Origin: Candidatus Zambryskibacteria bacterium RIFCSPLOWO2_01_FULL_39_39
GTDB taxonomy: Bacteria; Patescibacteriota; Minisyncoccia; Phycocordibacterales; WO2-35-19
Assembly (NCBI GenBank): GCA_001823925.1
Contig: MHWB01000009.1
Coordinates: forward strand, 25,086 to 89,085
Direction of reading: 5' to 3'
Length of the DNA stretch: 64,000 nt
The translations under genes were made by a program, and so were the position numbers. Below, piece after piece: positions 19,186 to 28,572 of this stretch. Numbering within the stretch: position 1 is the first letter of the stretch; the number at the start of each line of letters is the position of its first letter. Below the pieces are notes generated by a model that ran no database searches, was not told the DNA's origin, and saw only the letters and a list, made by a program, of their open reading frames with translations.

Positions 19186-20298
19186 TTACATTCCCTCTTC
19201 TCGCAGTTTCAAGATAGCTTCTTTGGCAGACTTGGTTAATTTTTTAGGTAAGGCGACACGGATGTGAATTAAAATATCACCGCGATTTCTGCCATGTTCT
19301 GGCACTCCTTTGCCTTTGATTTGCAAAATATCACCAGTGTTTATACCTTCTGGAATATTTAAAGTGGAAAGTCCATCTAAAGTTTGAATGTCAATCTTGG
19401 CGCCGAGCAAAGCATCTGATAATTTTACATCTAGATTCATCACTAAATCATTGCCTTCTTTGTGGAAAGTTTTGTGTTTTTTGACATGGGTTTTTATATA
19501 AAGGTCGCCTGAGGTGCCTCCCTTGACCGCTTCACCTCCTCCCGAGAGACGGATCATTTCGCCATTGTCGATGCCGGCTGGGATTTTTATTTTTATTTCT
19601 TCTTCTTTTTTCAATATACCCAAACCATCACAAGAGCTGCATTTTTCTTTTGGCACTTTGCCACTGCCCGCGCAATTGTTGCAAGCTCTGGTCATTTCTA
19701 TAGAACCGAAGATAGACTTTTTCATTTCTCTGATTTTCCCTTTGCCGTTGCAAGTCTGGCAACTTATGATCTCGGTCCCCTTTTTGCCTCCGGTGCCACT
19801 ACAAACGTGACATACTGAGACTTTATTTAAAAGAATAGCTCGTTCTACTCCAAAAATTGCTTCTTCAAAAGAGAGCTCTATATCTATAGAGATGTCTCGC
19901 CCTCTTTTTGTTTGAGATCTTTGTCTTCCGCCAAAAATACTGCCTAAGTCAAATCCGTTTGCAAAAATATCTCCAAAATCAAAGTTTTCGGCAGAAAAAT
20001 TAAATCCCCCCGCTCCTGGATTGGAGGCAAAATCTTGCCAATTAAATCCACCCGTATTTCCTCCGGTAGCTCCGGCAAAATTTTGGCCGTACATATCATA
20101 CTGGGATCTCTTTTGGTCATCAGAAAGGACGGTATAAGCTTCGTTTATTTCTTTAAACTTTTCGGCATCACCCCCTTTTTTGTCGGGGTGAAATTTGTGG
20201 GCAAGTGTCCGAAAAGCCTTTTTAACCTCATCTTTGGAGGCCTTTTTGTCTATCCCTAATATGTCATAATAGTTCTTCATATGATTTTGCGAAATCAT
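19186..20298 (-). CDS. dnaJ: molecular chaperone DnaJ
   Basis: 370 aa. J domain with HPD, G/F-rich region and four CxxCxGxG zinc-finger repeats. Confidence 0.9.
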   Translation of the reverse strand: MISQNHMKNYYDILGIDKKASKDEVKKAFRTLAHKFHPDKKGGDAEKFKEINEAYTVLSDDQKRSQYDMYGQNFAGATGGNTGGFNWQDFASNPGAGGFNFSAENFDFGDIFANGFDLGSIFGGRQRSQTKRGRDISIDIELSFEEAIFGVERAILLNKVSVCHVCSGTGGKKGTEIISCQTCNGKGKIREMKKSIFGSIEMTRACNNCAGSGKVPKEKCSSCDGLGILKKEEEIKIKIPAGIDNGEMIRLSGGGEAVKGGTSGDLYIKTHVKKHKTFHKEGNDLVMNLDVKLSDALLGAKIDIQTLDGLSTLNIPEGINTGDILQIKGKGVPEHGRNRGDILIHIRVALPKKLTKSAKEAILKLREEGM

Positions 20299-20359
20299 GT
20301 CGCATGATACGTCGATTAGAGTGCGACCTTATTATATCAAATTTTTAACCCTTTGTCTC

Positions 20360-20668
20360 CTATCTTTTAAAAACAGTAGATTCGAGTCTTCTAACTCTCG
20401 AGCTTAGCTCGTCATAATCTACTCTAAAGGTTCTAGTATATTCTTCAAGTGAATTGTCTATTTTGTTGCCCAAATTCTCTAAATCTTGTTTCGTCGCAAA
20501 TCTTTCGAGATCTTGTTTTGTTACTGTATTTGCAAAACCTTTCGCTGTCGCTTGGGCGAGATTATCAACTGTCTCTGTTAGATTCTCCATAGTCTTTTCC
20601 AAATGATCCATTCGTTTATCTAAACTGCTGAGAGTGACGGAGTTTTTTGTTTTAGTAATTTTCTTCAT
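20360..20668 (-). CDS. small coiled-coil hypothetical protein
   Basis: 102-aa heptad-rich ORF between dnaK and dnaJ. Confidence 0.4.
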   Translation of the reverse strand: MKKITKTKNSVTLSSLDKRMDHLEKTMENLTETVDNLAQATAKGFANTVTKQDLERFATKQDLENLGNKIDNSLEEYTRTFRVDYDELSSRVRRLESTVFKR

Positions 20669-20687
20669 ACTTTTATTATACTAACTT

Positions 20688-22619
20688 TTAACTCTTTGTC
20701 TCGCTTGGCTCGTCGGAGCTTTCAGCAGAGGTGGCTCCCCCTTTTTCCTCAGGTGGTTTTTGGTCTTCCTTGTCCGACGAAGCTTCAGCGGAGTTGGATG
20801 GCTTTTGTTCTTGTTGGGGATTCTTACTCATATACTCCCCTATTTTTTGAATCTCTTTAGAAAGATTTTCGGTAGCTGTTTTTATTGCTCCGACATCTTC
20901 GCCGTCTTTTATTTTTTTAAGCTCATTTACTTTTTCTTCAACACCCTTTTTGATTTCATCACTTATTTTTCCCTCCGCTTCCTTCAAAGCTTTTTCGGTA
21001 GTGTAGATCAATTGCTCGGCCAAGTTTTTGGTTTCAGCCGCTTCTTTCTTTTTCAGGTCATCTGCGGCATGGGTCTCGGCATCTTTTTGCATCTTTTCTA
21101 TCTCTTCTTTAGAAAGACCCGAAGTGCCTTCTATTTTTATTGATTGCTCTTTGCCGCTTGATTTGTCTTTGGCTTTGACGCTCAATATACCATTGGCGTC
21201 TATATCAAAAGAAACTTCTACTTGAGGCATACCGCGTGGAGATGGAGGAATACCGTCTAAAATAAATCGGCCTAAGGTACGGTTGTCTCCTGCCAAAGGT
21301 CTTTCACCTTGGACGACGTGTATCTCTACGCTAGTTTGATTGTCAGCAGCTGTAGAAAAGACTTGTGATTTGGAAGCTGGGATAGTGGTGTTTCGGTCAA
21401 TGAGTTTGGTGGCCACTCCGCCCATAGTCTCAATACCGAGTGAAAGCGGGATAACGTCCAAAAGCAAAATATCTTTGACATCTCCGGCGATAATACCTCC
21501 TTGGATAGCGGCGCCTAACGCAACTACTTCGTCCGGGTTGATGCTTTTGTTTGGTTCTTTGCCGAAAAACTTTTTTACTTCTTCTATGATTTTCGGCATT
21601 CTGGTCTGACCCCCCACCAATACTATTTCTTCTATTTCGGCCACTTTAAAAGGCGAGCTTTCTATTGCACGTCGGGTGATCTCCATGGCTCTAGCGATAA
21701 ATTCATCAGAGAGCTCTTCTAGTTTGGCGCGGTTCATCTTAATAAGGAGGTGGCGAGGGCCAGAAGAATCGGAAGTGATAAACGGGATGTTTACTTCGGT
21801 ATCTGTGGCGGTGGAGAGCTCAATCTTGGCTTTTTCTGCCGCTTCGTCGAGTCTCTGGAGGGCCAGCGGATCTTTGGTGATGTCAATACCACTTTCCTTT
21901 TTAAATTCAGAGGCCAGGAAGTAGATGATTTTTTGATCAATATCTTTACCGCCTAAGTGTGAGTCACCATCGGTTGACTTAACCTCTACCACATCATCCC
22001 CGACTTCCAAAATAGAAATATCAAAAGTACCACCCCCAAAATCAAAGACGGCGATTTGTTCATTTTTCTTTTTATTAAATCCATAAGCTAAAGCCGCGGC
22101 GGTGGGTTCATTTATAATGCGTAAAACATCAAGGCCCGCGATTTGGCCAGCGTCTTTGGTAGCCTTTCTTTGGGCATCGTTGAAATAAGCGGGCACCGTG
22201 ATAATAGCTTGGCTAATTTTTTCTCCGAGTTTAGCTTCGGCATCGGCTTTGAGTTTCCCAAGTATCATAGCCGAAATTTCTTCCGGTCGGTAAATGTGAT
22301 CGTTCATTTTTACTTGGACACTACCGGTAGTGGAAGCAGAAATTTCAAAAGGCACAGTATCCTTATCTTTTTGGACAGCATCTTCTTTGAAATCATGACC
22401 GATAAATCTCTTGATGCCAAAAACAGTGTTTTGAGGATTGGTGACCGCTTGCCTTCTAGCCAAAAGCCCCACCAATCTTTCGCCTGTTTTAGAAATAGCG
22501 ACAATAGAGGGGGTGGTTCGCGCTCCCTCTGCGTTTTCAATTATTTTTGGATTTCCAGATTCCATCACTGCCACCGCGCAGTTGGTAGTTCCCAAATCTA
22601 TTCCTATGATTTTTGACAT
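20688..22619 (-). CDS. dnaK: molecular chaperone DnaK (Hsp70)
   Basis: 643 aa with [10 protein letters not shown]-like, DLGGGTFD and VLVGG signatures. Confidence 0.95.
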   Translation of the reverse strand: MSKIIGIDLGTTNCAVAVMESGNPKIIENAEGARTTPSIVAISKTGERLVGLLARRQAVTNPQNTVFGIKRFIGHDFKEDAVQKDKDTVPFEISASTTGSVQVKMNDHIYRPEEISAMILGKLKADAEAKLGEKISQAIITVPAYFNDAQRKATKDAGQIAGLDVLRIINEPTAAALAYGFNKKKNEQIAVFDFGGGTFDISILEVGDDVVEVKSTDGDSHLGGKDIDQKIIYFLASEFKKESGIDITKDPLALQRLDEAAEKAKIELSTATDTEVNIPFITSDSSGPRHLLIKMNRAKLEELSDEFIARAMEITRRAIESSPFKVAEIEEIVLVGGQTRMPKIIEEVKKFFGKEPNKSINPDEVVALGAAIQGGIIAGDVKDILLLDVIPLSLGIETMGGVATKLIDRNTTIPASKSQVFSTAADNQTSVEIHVVQGERPLAGDNRTLGRFILDGIPPSPRGMPQVEVSFDIDANGILSVKAKDKSSGKEQSIKIEGTSGLSKEEIEKMQKDAETHAADDLKKKEAAETKNLAEQLIYTTEKALKEAEGKISDEIKKGVEEKVNELKKIKDGEDVGAIKTATENLSKEIQKIGEYMSKNPQQEQKPSNSAEASSDKEDQKPPEEKGGATSAESSDEPSETKS

Positions 22620-22777
22620 ATTGATACGAAAATTATGCGAATAATTTTAAAATTTCAGACCCCACCCCGTCCGATTTACATCGGACTGCCCCTCCCCTTG
22701 TCTAATGTGAGGGGCAAGTGGAATAAAATAATAATGTTTTGCGAATGAATTATACATCTAGTCACATTTTTATACAC

Positions 22778-22806
22778 TTGACTTGTATACTATAATTTGT
22801 TATAAT
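22778..22806 (+). promoter_or_regulatory. near-consensus sigma70-type promoter (TTGACT-17-TATAAT), antisense to the flanking genes
   Basis: TTGACT at 22778-22783 and TATAAT at 22801-22806 on the plus strand. It points into the minus-strand 86-aa and grpE genes. Confidence 0.3.
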
Positions 22807-22848
22807 ATAGTTGGGAGAGTAACGATATACATACCGGCGACTTTTCTT

Positions 22849-23109
22849 TTACACCAAGTTTGTTTCTAAAGTATTAATTCTATTTTCGTGATCGCTAACC
22901 TGAACTTTTACAAGTGTTTTTTCTTCTGCAATTCCAGCAATCATTTCTTCTTGAGAGTCGAGTTTTTTATCTATAGTAATAAGTTTTTCGTTTGTGGCTT
23001 TAAATTTATCGTTTACATTTTCAATTAAAGCTCCAATATGTTGCTTCATATCTTCATTTGCTTCAGTTCTAACTTGTTTTATATATTTTTGTATAGATTC
23101 TTCGTTCAT
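22849..23109 (-). CDS. small coiled-coil hypothetical protein
   Basis: 86-aa ORF between grpE and dnaK. Confidence 0.4.
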   Translation of the reverse strand: MNEESIQKYIKQVRTEANEDMKQHIGALIENVNDKFKATNEKLITIDKKLDSQEEMIAGIAEEKTLVKVQVSDHENRINTLETNLV

Positions 23110-23151
23110 ATTCTCATTATAGCATAGTCAGCTAGTGGTAATGTAATATGG

Positions 23152-23721
23152 TTATCCACTCCTATACTCCCCCACTTTGACTTTGGGGGCGCGGATGATT
23201 TTGTTTTGGAGTTTGTAGCCGGCACTCATTACTTCTAGTATTTTATGATTATCTTCTTCTTTTTCTGTTGGTACGGTCTCTACCGCTTCATCTCTTTTGG
23301 GATCAAATAATTCCCCAAGGGGCGAGACTACAGAGACCCCATGATTTGAAAGAACGTTTATAAGCTGAGTATGGATATACTCCACACCTTGTCTCCAATT
23401 TTTGTCTACCTTTTCCCAAGCTTCTTTGTTTTTGAAAGCACTTTCAAATGAATCAAGGACGGTAATGATTTCAGTAGCAATATCTTCTTTGGCAAATTTA
23501 GCAAATTCACTCTTTTCTTCTTCTAGTCTTTTACGCAAATTTACCCCATCTGCCCTCTCTTTTTGCCAACCGATCAAATACTCTTGATTTTTCTCTTCCA
23601 ACTCTTTAATTTTTTGTCTGAGTTTTTTTATAAGGCTGGCTGGATTATTTTCTTCTTCCTCATTATCAAAAGTTACTTCAAGAGTTTCTTCTGAATTATT
23701 TTTTTTATCCTCGTCTCCCAT
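23152..23721 (-). CDS. grpE: nucleotide exchange factor GrpE
   Basis: 189 aa with a coiled-coil N-terminus and a GrpE C-terminal beta domain. Confidence 0.85.
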   Translation of the reverse strand: MGDEDKKNNSEETLEVTFDNEEEENNPASLIKKLRQKIKELEEKNQEYLIGWQKERADGVNLRKRLEEEKSEFAKFAKEDIATEIITVLDSFESAFKNKEAWEKVDKNWRQGVEYIHTQLINVLSNHGVSVVSPLGELFDPKRDEAVETVPTEKEEDNHKILEVMSAGYKLQNKIIRAPKVKVGEYRSG

Positions 23722-23781
23722 TTGTGTTATAAAATTATAAACATCCAGATATTTACTAGACTCCCTATTTAAAAGTTAATT

Positions 23782-24210
23782 TTATTTAGATCTGGATTTA
23801 CTCTCCCTTTCTTTGCGCCTTGATTTTGTGCCATACATAAATACTCCAACGAGAGAAGCAAGTGTTCCTCCCCCGATTATACTACTTGCCCACTGCTGAC
23901 CTTTTATACTTACAAATAAAGCTACTGTTAATCCAAATATAGAAATAATAAACCCAAGTATTTGTCCCCATTTTGATCTTTCTACATCGGACTTTATAAC
24001 TCTTTTTTCTAAATCGACTCTGTGGGCAAATTGATCTTCTGCCATTTTAATTATTCTTTCTGCTGCACCCGGAACAATACTGTTAAATCTTTCTAAGATT
24101 TCTGGTGGGGGTAACGGACCAGAAAAAGATTGAAAAGATTCCTGGCGAACTAACATTTTACCATCCGCATCTTTGTTATTTTTATCTGGCGAGTTGTTCA
24201 TATCTTTCAA
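23782..24210 (-). CDS. DUF2335-like membrane protein
   Basis: 142 aa with PPPEILERFNSIVPGAAERII followed by 2 TM helices. Confidence 0.45.
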   Translation of the reverse strand: MKDMNNSPDKNNKDADGKMLVRQESFQSFSGPLPPPEILERFNSIVPGAAERIIKMAEDQFAHRVDLEKRVIKSDVERSKWGQILGFIISIFGLTVALFVSIKGQQWASSIIGGGTLASLVGVFMYGTKSRRKERESKSRSK

Positions 24211-24394
24211 TAGATATTTTTATATCATCACCAATGGCTCTCCAGTCATTCTTCAATGACTCGATATCAGTCTCTGCGTCGGTTTCAGAAGCGTTGTACT
24301 CTTGGAGAGTATTTCCAAAATCTAATAATCTAGCCCCTCCTTCTATAAAAGAAGGTTCAGCAAAAAGTTTGTTTGAAATATAGTGTTTTTTCAT
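24182..24394 (-). CDS. small hypothetical protein (70 aa)
   Basis: ORF overlapping the start of the DUF2335 gene by 29 nt. No recognisable motif. Confidence 0.2.
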   Translation of the reverse strand: MKKHYISNKLFAEPSFIEGGARLLDFGNTLQEYNASETDAETDIESLKNDWRAIGDDIKISIERYEQLAR

Positions 24395-24455
24395 ACAATC
24401 TAATCTTAACAGATAGAGAAGAAGTGAACAAGTTAACAGTAAGCTCAGGATTAAA

Positions 24456-24869
24456 CTATCTCTTTGACCACTGTGGAGCTTTACGGGCTTTCTTGAGGCC
24501 GAATTTGCGACGCTCTTTGGCTCTAGGGTCGCGTTTCAAAAAGCCAGCTGTTTTTAGTTTGGTCTTTGAAGATTCGTCATGTTTGACGAGGGCACGAGAG
24601 ATACCATGCCTCACTGCTTCCGCTTGGGAATGAACACCGCCACCCTTTACATGTATTGAAATATTGAAATTGCCAACTTTTACTTTGTTTGTGGCTTCTT
24701 CTATAATCTTGCGAAGTTCTGCTGTTGGAAAATAAGACGCCAAATCGCGGTCGTTTATTTTAAAAGTGTTTTTAGAGGCGGGGGTAATCCGCACTCTAGC
24801 TGAAGCTGTTTTTCTTCTACCTACGGCTTCTGTATATCTATCTGCTGTTTTTTCTTTTGTGATTGGCAT
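24456..24869 (-). CDS. rpsI: 30S ribosomal protein S9
   Basis: 137 aa with the C-terminal GLKKARKAPQWSKR. Confidence 0.9.
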   Translation of the reverse strand: MPITKEKTADRYTEAVGRRKTASARVRITPASKNTFKINDRDLASYFPTAELRKIIEEATNKVKVGNFNISIHVKGGGVHSQAEAVRHGISRALVKHDESSKTKLKTAGFLKRDPRAKERRKFGLKKARKAPQWSKR

Positions 24870-24894
24870 ATGTGTTGTAGCGGAGCTTGATTTT

Positions 24895-25260
24895 TTATTT
24901 TGTAATTAATAAATTTTTCATCATCCTATCTCTCAATTTGTTTTTGGGCAACATGCCTTTTATAGCAATCTTTAAGACTTCTTTCATACCAAAATCAGCC
25001 ACTACCTTTTTCATTGTTCGCTCGCGTAAGCCCCCCGGATAGCCTGAATAATTTTTATAAACTTTTTGATCCATTTTTTTGTTGGTGGTAGATATTTTGG
25101 TGGCGTTTGTTATTTTTAGTTTTATATTTGGAATAGCGTTACGGACAAAATCGGCTCGATTTTTGCCCATCAAAACAGTTGCCGCCTCGGAAGCGATCCT
25201 ACCCAACTTTTTTCCTTCTGCATCTATTGTATATTCCATTTTATTTGCGTCATTTGTCAT
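24895..25260 (-). CDS. rplM: 50S ribosomal protein L13
   Basis: 121-aa L13 sequence. Confidence 0.9.
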   Translation of the reverse strand: MTNDANKMEYTIDAEGKKLGRIASEAATVLMGKNRADFVRNAIPNIKLKITNATKISTTNKKMDQKVYKNYSGYPGGLRERTMKKVVADFGMKEVLKIAIKGMLPKNKLRDRMMKNLLITK

Positions 25261-25281
25261 AATTTGTAATTTAGTTGCGTG

Positions 25282-25629
25282 TTATACAAATTCAATAATT
25301 GCCATCTTGCTTCCGTCCGAAAGTCTTCTTTTGGATTTTGTAATCCTGGTGAAGCCTCCTTTGCGGTCCTCGTATTTTTTGGAAATAGTATCCACCAATA
25401 TTTTAGTGGCGCCCACTCCTATCTTTGTTCCTATGATTCTTCTTGCAGATACTGTCCCGGCCTTACCTTTGGTGACCAGTTTTTCTATGAAAGGTCTAAG
25501 CTCTTTGGCTTTTGGTTCGGTGGTTTTTATTTTCTGATGCAAAACCAAAGATCGAGCAAGAGAATTGATCAAAGCATTTCTTACTTTGCGTACCCTACTA
25601 AATTTTCTGTTTGCGTTGTGGTGTCTCAT
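25282..25629 (-). CDS. rplQ: 50S ribosomal protein L17
   Basis: 115 aa; MRHHNANRKFSRVRKVRNAL is the L17 N-terminus. Confidence 0.9.
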   Translation of the reverse strand: MRHHNANRKFSRVRKVRNALINSLARSLVLHQKIKTTEPKAKELRPFIEKLVTKGKAGTVSARRIIGTKIGVGATKILVDTISKKYEDRKGGFTRITKSKRRLSDGSKMAIIEFV

Positions 25630-25658
25630 GTTCGTATTTAGTGCTTCGTATTTCTAAT

Positions 25659-26651
25659 TTACTTTAAAGTTATACCATGTTCTCCCAAAACTCTTTTGAT
25701 CTCGGCTACTCCTTTTGCTCCAAGACCTTCTACTTCCAATATGTCTTTTTCTTTTTTCCTGGCCAAGCCCCCAATTGTCCTAATGTTGGCGCTGGAAAGT
25801 GCATTTAGTGTGCGAGCTCCCAAATTTAGATTTTCAATACGAGTTTTTAGAAATTCTGGATCCATTTTTTGATTTTCATTATGCATCTCTTCATCCATAT
25901 TTGAAGTGTCATCAGTTGAAAACTCTCCATCTTTCAAGTTCTCCTTTTCTTCAAAACCAGTGATAGCTTTCAATTGTCCTATCATAATGTTTATAGATTT
26001 TTCGAGGGATTCTTTGGGGCTTATACTGCCATCTGTTTCTATAAGTATGCGTAGACGATTAAAATCGGTGCGGTCACCAACTCGCATATTTTCTACCTCA
26101 TAACTAACCCTTCTGATTGGAGTAAAGTTTGCATCCAAGACTATGGTGCCGATATCAACCTTGTTCTTGCCGAGGCTGTCACGACTAACAAACCCGAGAC
26201 CCTTTTCTACTACCATCTCGATATTGAGCTCCGAATCTTTGTCTGTGAGAGTGGCGATCACAAGTTCTGGATTTATTATTTCTACTTGTCCGGGAGCCTC
26301 TATGTCTTTGGCGGTTAAAGTCTTCATTCCCTTCCCTTTGATAGTTAGGGTTTGGGGTTCGTTTGAAAGCATCTTGACTCGGAGTTTTTTTATGTTGAGC
26401 ATTATCATTATTACATCTTCTTTTACTCCTTTGATTGAAGAAAATTCGTGTTCAACACTGTTTATTTTTATTGAAGTTATAGCGGCTCCGGGTAAAGAGG
26501 ACAAAATAATGCGACGGAGACTGTTGCCGATAGTAAATCCAAATCCGGGATAAAATCCGTCAATTTCATAGACACCACGATTATCATCCTCGGAGACTAC
26601 CCGTGGTTTTGAAGGCAATATAATAGCTTTATCAAAATTATCCATTGTCAT
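25659..26651 (-). CDS. rpoA: DNA-directed RNA polymerase alpha subunit
   Basis: 330 aa with N-terminal dimerisation and alpha-CTD (helix-hairpin-helix) domains. Confidence 0.9.
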   Translation of the reverse strand: MTMDNFDKAIILPSKPRVVSEDDNRGVYEIDGFYPGFGFTIGNSLRRIILSSLPGAAITSIKINSVEHEFSSIKGVKEDVIMIMLNIKKLRVKMLSNEPQTLTIKGKGMKTLTAKDIEAPGQVEIINPELVIATLTDKDSELNIEMVVEKGLGFVSRDSLGKNKVDIGTIVLDANFTPIRRVSYEVENMRVGDRTDFNRLRILIETDGSISPKESLEKSINIMIGQLKAITGFEEKENLKDGEFSTDDTSNMDEEMHNENQKMDPEFLKTRIENLNLGARTLNALSSANIRTIGGLARKKEKDILEVEGLGAKGVAEIKRVLGEHGITLK

Positions 26652-26668
26652 AATATTAAAAATTAAAA

Positions 26669-27277
26669 TTACCTCTGGTAATACTCAATAACTTGACCAA
26701 GATCAAATAATAAATCAGATTTCTCTATAAAAGAGCTATCTTTTACAGAAAGTTCTTTTGTTTTGGTATCCCAAGAAATCCAATCTGGCGATTTTGTCTC
26801 TATTATTTTATTTTCCAATTCACTAAACATCTTGCTTCCCTGGCTACCTTGTCTTACGGTGATTTTATCTCCCCCCTTTACACTAAAAGACGGCACATAA
26901 ACTTTTTTACCATTTACCAAAAAATGTCCATGTGCGACCGCTTGTCTGGCCGCAAGATGAGTTGGTAAAATACCAGCTCTCCAGACTACATTATCAAGAC
27001 GATGCTCTAAAGATTTTAAAAGGTTTATGGTGGGTGAACTCGTCTTTTTGCTAAGGGCTTGATTTACGTATTTTGCAAATTGTTTTTCGGTAACGCAATA
27101 AAACATTCTGGCTTTTTGCTTCTCATTTAATTGGGTGCCAAAATCGGTCTTTGGTTTGTTAAAAGACCTCTTCTTGTTTTTGCGCTCCTCCCGCAAGCTA
27201 TATTTTTGAGTTTGAGTTTTCTCAAAAATCGGAGCTTTGAGTCGGCGGGCTATTTTGTATTTTGGACCTATTTTCAT
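26669..27277 (-). CDS. rpsD: 30S ribosomal protein S4
   Basis: 202 aa with an S4 domain. Confidence 0.9.
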   Translation of the reverse strand: MKIGPKYKIARRLKAPIFEKTQTQKYSLREERKNKKRSFNKPKTDFGTQLNEKQKARMFYCVTEKQFAKYVNQALSKKTSSPTINLLKSLEHRLDNVVWRAGILPTHLAARQAVAHGHFLVNGKKVYVPSFSVKGGDKITVRQGSQGSKMFSELENKIIETKSPDWISWDTKTKELSVKDSSFIEKSDLLFDLGQVIEYYQR

Positions 27278-27302
27278 AAATTGATTTTATATTTAACAAA
27301 GA

Positions 27303-27737
27303 TTAAACTCTCCTTGGTTTTTTTGGTTTTGGACCGTTATGAGGTACTGGTGTGGCATCTTTTATGGAGGTTATGTTTATACCTTTTGATATAAAACCTC
27401 TTATTCCCGACTCCCTACCCGATCCAACTCCTTTTACAATGACTCCGATTTCTTTTATCCCCAAAGCTTGAGCTCTGGCTCCTAAAGTTTCGCCCACTTT
27501 AGCGGCTGCAAAAGGAGTGCCCTTTTTTGCTCCTTTAAATCCCAATTTACCGCTTGATTCTACTGCCAAGACGTTACCCTTTTTATCAGTAAGTACCAGT
27601 TCGGTGTTGTTGTAAGTCGATCTGACATAAAGCAATCCAGCGTCGACTCTTTTTTTAGACGAAAGAGCAGATGTGTCGGTCTTAACACTTGCATCTCCTG
27701 CTTCGGATTCTGTTTTTACAATTCTCTTTTTTCCCAT
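27303..27737 (-). CDS. rpsK: 30S ribosomal protein S11
   Basis: 144 aa. Confidence 0.9.
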   Translation of the reverse strand: MGKKRIVKTESEAGDASVKTDTSALSSKKRVDAGLLYVRSTYNNTELVLTDKKGNVLAVESSGKLGFKGAKKGTPFAAAKVGETLGARAQALGIKEIGVIVKGVGSGRESGIRGFISKGINITSIKDATPVPHNGPKPKKPRRV

Positions 27738-27751
27738 TTTATTTTATTATT

Positions 27752-28150
27752 TTATTTCTTTTCAACCGCTCTTCGTCCGGTACCCATTGTTTTTCTGGTG
27801 TTTCCTCTACGAGTACGCGAATTGGTTTTGGTGCGTTGCCCCCTAACTGGCAGAGTTCTACTATGTCTCACTCCTCTATAACATTTGATATCCTTTAATC
27901 TTTTTATGTTTCCAGAAACTTCTCTTTTTAAGTCTCCTTCAATTTTTAAACCCTCTATTATTTTTTTAATTTGGTTTTCTTGTTCTCCACTTAACCCTTC
28001 TGCTTTTGTACCCCAATCTATTTTAGCTTTATCTAAAATTTGCTGAGCTCGAGATCTGCCAACTCCAAAAAGGACAGTCAAGCTTATCTCAAGTCTTTTT
28101 TTATCCGGTATTGTAATTCCTAATATTCTCATAATTTTTCCTTTTTTCAA
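27752..28150 (-). CDS. rpsM: 30S ribosomal protein S13
   Basis: 132 aa; the true start is probably the internal MRILGI. Confidence 0.9.
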   Translation of the reverse strand: MKKGKIMRILGITIPDKKRLEISLTVLFGVGRSRAQQILDKAKIDWGTKAEGLSGEQENQIKKIIEGLKIEGDLKREVSGNIKRLKDIKCYRGVRHSRTLPVRGQRTKTNSRTRRGNTRKTMGTGRRAVEKK

Positions 28151-28158
28151 TATTTAAA

Positions 28159-28275
28159 TTAACCTTGTCTTTGTTTGTGTTTCGGATTTCCTTTACAAAT
28201 TACAAACAAAACGCCTCCTCGGCGAACTAATTTACATTTTGGACACATCTTCTTTATTGAAGCTTTTACTTTCAT
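28159..28275 (-). CDS. rpmJ: 50S ribosomal protein L36
   Basis: Manual translation gives [38 protein letters not shown] (38 aa, with a C-x2-C...C-x-H zinc ribbon). The six-frame ORF track (60-aa minimum) does not list it. Confidence 0.85.
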   Translation of the reverse strand: MKVKASIKKMCPKCKLVRRGGVLFVICKGNPKHKQRQG

Positions 28276-28285
28276 TTTTTACTGT

Positions 28286-28516
28286 TCATGTTGTTCGTCT
28301 ACCATCAAGTCTACGAATAATCCTGCCTTTTCCTCCATATGGGTCAAGCACGACTTCAACAGAATCTCCGATCAAGACCTTGATTCTATTGAGTCTCATT
28401 TTACCCGATAAATATGCAAGCAACTCTTCTTCTTGTAATTTGACACGGAAAAACGCATTCGGAAGCGCTTCCGTTACCATACCTATTTTTGTCTCCCGCC
28501 TTTCTTTATCTGTCAT
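28286..28516 (-). CDS. infA: translation initiation factor IF-1
   Basis: 76 aa with an S1-like OB fold ([16 protein letters not shown]...YLSGKMR). Confidence 0.85.
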   Translation of the reverse strand: MTDKERRETKIGMVTEALPNAFFRVKLQEEELLAYLSGKMRLNRIKVLIGDSVEVVLDPYGGKGRIIRRLDGRRTT

Positions 28517-28572
28517 TTGAAATAAAACAACAATGGGAAAAGGTTAGCATAAAAGCCCCTTGGGTGTCAACT

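Noticed and set aside
18932-19267. The 111-aa plus-strand ORF between the S8 protease and dnaJ.
   Set aside because: It spans a promoter, an inverted repeat and a bidirectional terminator, and overlaps the dnaJ 3' end. It has no ribosome-binding site, so it is probably non-coding.
22640-22720. CIRCE/HrcA operator in the dnaK leader.
   Set aside because: The inverted repeats present (GTCCGAT…ATCGGAC, GCCCCTC…GAGGGGC) do not match TTAGCACTC-N9-GAGTGCTAA, and no hrcA gene accompanies the operon.
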